Made by a program: the position numbers and the translations under genes. From assembly GCA_045531485.1 (NCBI GenBank), contig JAZSEC010000010.1:1-62162 (forward strand): a stretch of 62,162 bases of DNA. The letters are read 5' to 3'. The stretch is from Eubacteriales bacterium. GTDB lineage: Bacteria > Bacillota > Clostridia > Oscillospirales > CAG-272. Shown piece after piece: positions 58,535 to 62,162 of this stretch (the first letter of the stretch is position 1; every line of letters begins with the position of its first letter). The notes below the pieces were generated by a model. The model had not been told where the DNA came from. It searched no databases and saw nothing but the letters and a program-made list of their open reading frames with translations.

Positions 58535-58879
58535 TTAATTGTTAGAAACCTTGGAAAGGCCATTAGCATCATACTTGTATACGAAATCACCCTTAGTAGC
58601 CTGGTAGTAAGGGTTGCCATCATTTACATAATAACCGTCACCGGAAGTAACGGGAACGAGCTTTCCATCCTTGGAAACACCGTCAACCTTACCGTCAGTA
58701 AGATCTGCTGCATAGCTCTCAGTGTAACCGTTACGAGCTGCCTGCTGAGCAGATGTTTCGTTAGCCTGATCGATAACAGAACCAAAGGTGGGAATAAGAA
58801 CTGCGGAAAGAATTGCAATAACTGCGATAACGATTACGAGCTCAACGATAGTAAAGCCCTTCTTGTTGTTTCTCTTCAT
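58535..58879 (-). CDS. type IV pilin (candidate major pilin 1)
   Basis: KKG|FTIVELVIVIAVIAILSAVLIPTF; AGGAG RBS. Confidence 0.93.
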   Translation of the reverse strand: MKRNNKKGFTIVELVIVIAVIAILSAVLIPTFGSVIDQANETSAQQAARNGYTESYAADLTDGKVDGVSKDGKLVPVTSGDGYYVNDGNPYYQATKGDFVYKYDANGLSKVSNN

Positions 58880-59049
58880 TGTGAAATTCTCCTAAATTTT
58901 GTTTTTTTATTTTTGGTACGCCGCCGGGCAAAAAATATGTAGGCGACATCGCATCCACTCGGAAGATGCGGTGCCGTCGGTTTTTTCGCCTTTTGGCATT
59001 ATCAAAATCTGTCGAATACGAACGAGATTTATTCCCCATTCGCCCTTTT

Positions 59050-59078
59050 AGTATACATTTTTTTAAATCTTTTGTCAA
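59050..59078 (-). promoter_or_regulatory. sigma-A promoter of the pilin genes
   Basis: TTGACA-17 nt-TATACT, giving a ~165-nt leader. Confidence 0.7.
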
Positions 59079-59199
59079 TATATATCGGGGATTTTAAATC
59101 TTAAAAAATATTAACTCTATTTTAATTTACATTTGTTTAGCCTTCCCTGCCCAGGAAGGCAAATTTTAAACTCTGAACAAGGACAACCTGCAGTTGTCC

Positions 59200-59703
59200 T
59201 TAAAACCCACTTATGGGCAGATCCTCATTATCCTCGCCCTTTGTTACAGAGCGGATCTGGACGTAGTAGGACATATTCTCGTTTACGGTGACGAGGACGC
59301 GGTCGCCCGCCTTCTTACCCATCAGGGCAGAGCCGAGGGGTGATTCCTTACTGACGAAGCCCTTAAGGGCGTTCTGGCGGAGGGTGGTTACTATCTGTAT
59401 CTCCTTCTCTGCCCCTGCCCTCTCGTTATAGATAAGCACCCTGTCAAACAGAGCTATGGCGTCGGGAGTTTCGGCAATCTCGATAACCTTAGCGGTACGT
59501 ACCATCGCCTCCAGGTAGCGAATACGGCTTTCGTTTTTACGCTTCAGGTATTTAGCCTCCTTATACTCGGCATTTTCCGACAGGTCACCGTACTCACGGG
59601 TACGCTTCAGCTCGGCACCGAGCTGTGGTGCGAGGATAACCTTTCGATAGTGGATCTCCTCCTCCATCTTTTTTATATCTATTTCTGTAAGCTCGTCGTA
59701 CAT
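59200..59703 (-). CDS. greA: GreA/GreB-family transcription elongation factor
   Basis: REYGDLSENAEYKEAK and VSKESPLGSALMGK motifs; ATG at 59703. Confidence 0.88.
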   Translation of the reverse strand: MYDELTEIDIKKMEEEIHYRKVILAPQLGAELKRTREYGDLSENAEYKEAKYLKRKNESRIRYLEAMVRTAKVIEIAETPDAIALFDRVLIYNERAGAEKEIQIVTTLRQNALKGFVSKESPLGSALMGKKAGDRVLVTVNENMSYYVQIRSVTKGEDNEDLPISGF

Positions 59704-59825
59704 AGTTTTACCTCGTAGAATAAAAATCGTAGGGGCCGCCATTGGCAGTCCGTATTCAAAAGGGCTGTCAAGCCGACAGCCCTCTCGTTTATTATATTAA
59801 ATAAGGAAGTTTTCGTTATTTTGAT

Positions 59826-61022
59826 TTATGCTCTGCTTACGATCTCAAGAGTATCTCTTGCAATAACAAGCTCCTCGTTGGTGGGAATAACGAATACCTT
59901 GATGGGAGAGTCGGGAGTAGAGATCTCAACCTCTTCACCGCGGATCTTGTTCTTCTCTGCGTCGATCTTAACACCGAGGAAGGCAAGCTGCTCACCGAGC
60001 TTTGCTCTATAGTGGCCGGCGTTCTCACCGATACCGCCGGTGAATACGATAGCATCAGCACCGCCCATAGCTACTATGTAGGAGCCAACGTTCTTAGCGA
60101 TCTGGTGGGAGTACATTTCCTCACAGAGAATAGCTCTCTTGTCGCCTGCCTCTGCGAGATGGCCGATCTCCTGGTTGTCGCTGGTCTTGCCGGAGATACC
60201 GAGCATACCGGACTTCTTGTTCATCATCTTATCAATGTCGTCAGCGGTGGTAAGCTCGCCCTTACGCATAAGGTAAGGAATGATAGCGGGGTCGATGTTA
60301 CCGGAACGGGTACCCATCATAATGCCCTCAAGGGGAGTAACGCCCATAGAGGTATCAAAGCACTTGCCGCCCTTAACTGCTGCGAAGGATGCACCGTTAC
60401 CAAGGTGACAGGTAACAACGTTGCACTCTGCTGCAGGCTTGCCAAGGTGAGCAATAGCTCTCTCGCTTACGTAACGGTGGCTGGTACCGTGGAAGCCGTA
60501 ACGACGGATCTTGTACTTCTCATAATACTCATAGGGAAGAGCGTACATATAGGATGCCTCAGGCATGGTCTGGTGGAAGGAGGTGTCGAATACTGCAACC
60601 TGGGGAACGCCCATAAGCTTTTCACATACAACGATGCCATTAAGGTTTGCGGGGTTGTGGAGAGGTGCAAGGTCAGCACACTCAGCGATGATCTCCTTAA
60701 CCTCGTCGGTTACGAGAACGGAAGAAGCGAACTTCTCGCCGCCGTGAACAACTCTATGTCCAACCGCACCGATCTCAGAGATGGACTTAATAACGCCCAT
60801 ATTCTCGTCTACGAGGGTGTCAAGCACAAGCTGAAGAGCCTCTGCGTGGGTAGGCATTGCGATCGCTGCCTTATAATCTTCTCTGCCGGGAACCTTGAAC
60901 TTGAAGCCGGACTTGCCGCCGATCTCCTCACAGATACCCTTAGCAATTACCTGCTCGTTTTCCATATCGATAAGCTGGAACTTGAGCGAGGAAGAGCCTG
61001 CATTGATAACTAAAATCTTCAT
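59826..61022 (-). CDS. ackA: acetate kinase
   Basis: LVINAGSSSLKFQ, VGHRVVHGG, LAPLHNP, RYGFHGTSH, HLGNGAS, FTGGIGEN, IPTNEEL. Confidence 0.98.
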   Translation of the reverse strand: MKILVINAGSSSLKFQLIDMENEQVIAKGICEEIGGKSGFKFKVPGREDYKAAIAMPTHAEALQLVLDTLVDENMGVIKSISEIGAVGHRVVHGGEKFASSVLVTDEVKEIIAECADLAPLHNPANLNGIVVCEKLMGVPQVAVFDTSFHQTMPEASYMYALPYEYYEKYKIRRYGFHGTSHRYVSERAIAHLGKPAAECNVVTCHLGNGASFAAVKGGKCFDTSMGVTPLEGIMMGTRSGNIDPAIIPYLMRKGELTTADDIDKMMNKKSGMLGISGKTSDNQEIGHLAEAGDKRAILCEEMYSHQIAKNVGSYIVAMGGADAIVFTGGIGENAGHYRAKLGEQLAFLGVKIDAEKNKIRGEEVEISTPDSPIKVFVIPTNEELVIARDTLEIVSRA

Positions 61023-61050
61023 TTTTTTCCTCCAAGATGTATAATTTATT

Positions 61051-61521
61051 TTATCTAAAAATAAGCTGATAAATAATGGCTATCGCCGCACCGAGAAGCG
61101 ATCCGCATACAACCTGCCATGGTGTATGACCAACAAGAACCTTAAGCTTGTCTGTCTTGATCTTCTCGTCCTTCTCTGCAAAGTAATCGTTAAGCACCTC
61201 TGCCATTTTGATGATAGAAACAGCCTGCTTACCTGTTTCGCGACGGACACCAAGTGCGTCATGCATAACTACGATAGCAAAAATGGTAGCAAGACCAAAC
61301 GCCACACTGTCAAATCCGGCGTTAAAGCCACACATAATCGCAAGAGAGGTTACCGTAGCAGAGTGTCCGCTTGGCATTCCACCATCTCCGACAAGGCGGT
61401 CAAAGGCCATTTTTTTATTAACAATAGCGTTGATGATAGTTTTAAGTATCTGTGCGATGATCCAGGACAGTGCGGGAATAAACAGAGTCGAGTTGGTTAT
61501 TATTTGCATAAACACGTTCAT
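61051..61521 (-). CDS. divergent PAP2 (DUF212) family membrane protein
   Basis: AQILK, GGMPSGHSA, VMHDALGVRRETGKQA, VGHTPWQV; ATG at 61521 after AAGGAG. Confidence 0.93.
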   Translation of the reverse strand: MNVFMQIITNSTLFIPALSWIIAQILKTIINAIVNKKMAFDRLVGDGGMPSGHSATVTSLAIMCGFNAGFDSVAFGLATIFAIVVMHDALGVRRETGKQAVSIIKMAEVLNDYFAEKDEKIKTDKLKVLVGHTPWQVVCGSLLGAAIAIIYQLIFR

Positions 61522-61625
61522 ATCGTCGTCGCTCCTTTTTATTTCATACATAATTATTTTAACACTTTTTAAATAATAATGCAAGTGCTTTTTGCGTTTT
61601 TATTAAAATAAGACATAAGTTAAAC

Positions 61626-61650
61626 AAAAAAGCAGACCGAGTGGGTCTGC
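61626..61650 (-). terminator. intrinsic terminator downstream of the 171-bp array
   Basis: On the - strand, GCAGACC-CACTC-GGTCTGC-TTTTTT. Confidence 0.75.
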
Positions 61651-61681
61651 AGGCTCGTTCATAGCGGCTTGAACCCTAGAG

Positions 61682-62162
61682 GGAGCGGATTACGCTGTGT
61701 TGCTTCACTTTGGTGTGAAGCAACACGTTAAGTTTGCGATGCAAACTTAGGGCTAATCGTCGCTTTGGTGTGACGAAAGCCCCGTCCGTCCAAAAGAAAA
61801 ACCGTACCACTTTGGGTACGCAAGTGCTTTCATTGCTTCTCTTACCAATGAAGGAGCGGATTACGCTGCGTTGCTTCACTTTGGTGTGAAGCAACACGTT
61901 AAGTTTGCGATGCAAACTTAGGGCTAATCGTCGCTTTGGTGCGACGAAAGCCCCGTCCGTCCAAAAGAAAAACCGTACCACTTTGGGTACGCAAGTGCTT
62001 TCATTGCTTCTCTTACCAATGAAGGAGCGGATTACGCTGTGTTGCTTCACTTTGGTGTGAAGCAACACGTTAAGTTTGCGATGCAAACTTAGGGCTAATC
62101 GTCGCTTTGGTGCGACGAAAGCCCCGTCCGTCCAAAAGAAAAACCGTACCACTTTGGGTACG
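61682..62162. repeat. 171-bp multi-hairpin tandem repeat, >=2.8 near-identical copies, truncated by the window edge
   Basis: Units start at 61682, 61853 and 62024; I see only two variable positions among the copies. Confidence 0.97.

Noticed and set aside
58880-59045. c-di-GMP riboswitch upstream of the pilin genes
   Set aside because: The leader is structured, but I could not match class I or class II consensus features; an Rfam cmscan would be decisive.
27329-61013. Other long antisense ORFs (972, 724, 703, 607, 546, 385, 333 aa and similar)
   Set aside because: Each mirrors a well-supported gene (GH3, oppD, oppA, GH3, pilB, pepF, ackA) and is explained by the same codon bias.
61676-62152. 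158-aa ORF, or CRISPR, in the 171-bp array
   Set aside because: The frame stays open because 171 is a multiple of 3; the sequence is dominated by palindromes and has no unique spacers.

Overview
A 62-kb chromosomal segment of a Gram-positive anaerobe, most likely Clostridia (inferred from the rpoB sequence, canonical sigma-A promoters, many lipoproteins and a monoderm-type type IV pilus locus). Most genes are on the - strand. From left to right: the 5' part of rpoB; DUF554; a double-domain RadC/JAB protein; trmB; prfC; a HAD hydrolase; a block of surface lipoproteins (YobA-like, an 1170-aa Fn3/GLUG-repeat protein, two M6-type metalloproteases); galT; a GH3 / GH2 (beta-glucuronidase-type) / MFS / glf / GT2 carbohydrate cluster; an expanded opp operon; HAD plus GH3; an AT-rich islet at the 3' end of tRNA-Leu(CAG); pepF; a type IV pilus operon ending in a GAP1-like protein; greA; ackA; DUF212; and a 171-bp tandem repeat running off the end. 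The most unusual structure is the tRNA-Leu islet (~43.4-46.0 kb). It holds two tandem ~1.2-kb modules with homologous boundary sites and homologous promoters but different cargo, arrays of arm/iteron-like repeats, and a symmetric six-motif palindromic element next to a four-helix-bundle gene, with no recombinase nearby. Other highlights: two REP-like palindromes inserted in frame in a prepilin leader peptide, an orphan GAP1-like protein at the end of the pilus operon, and two structured tandem-repeat arrays. All calls come from reading motifs by eye; no database search or folding was run.
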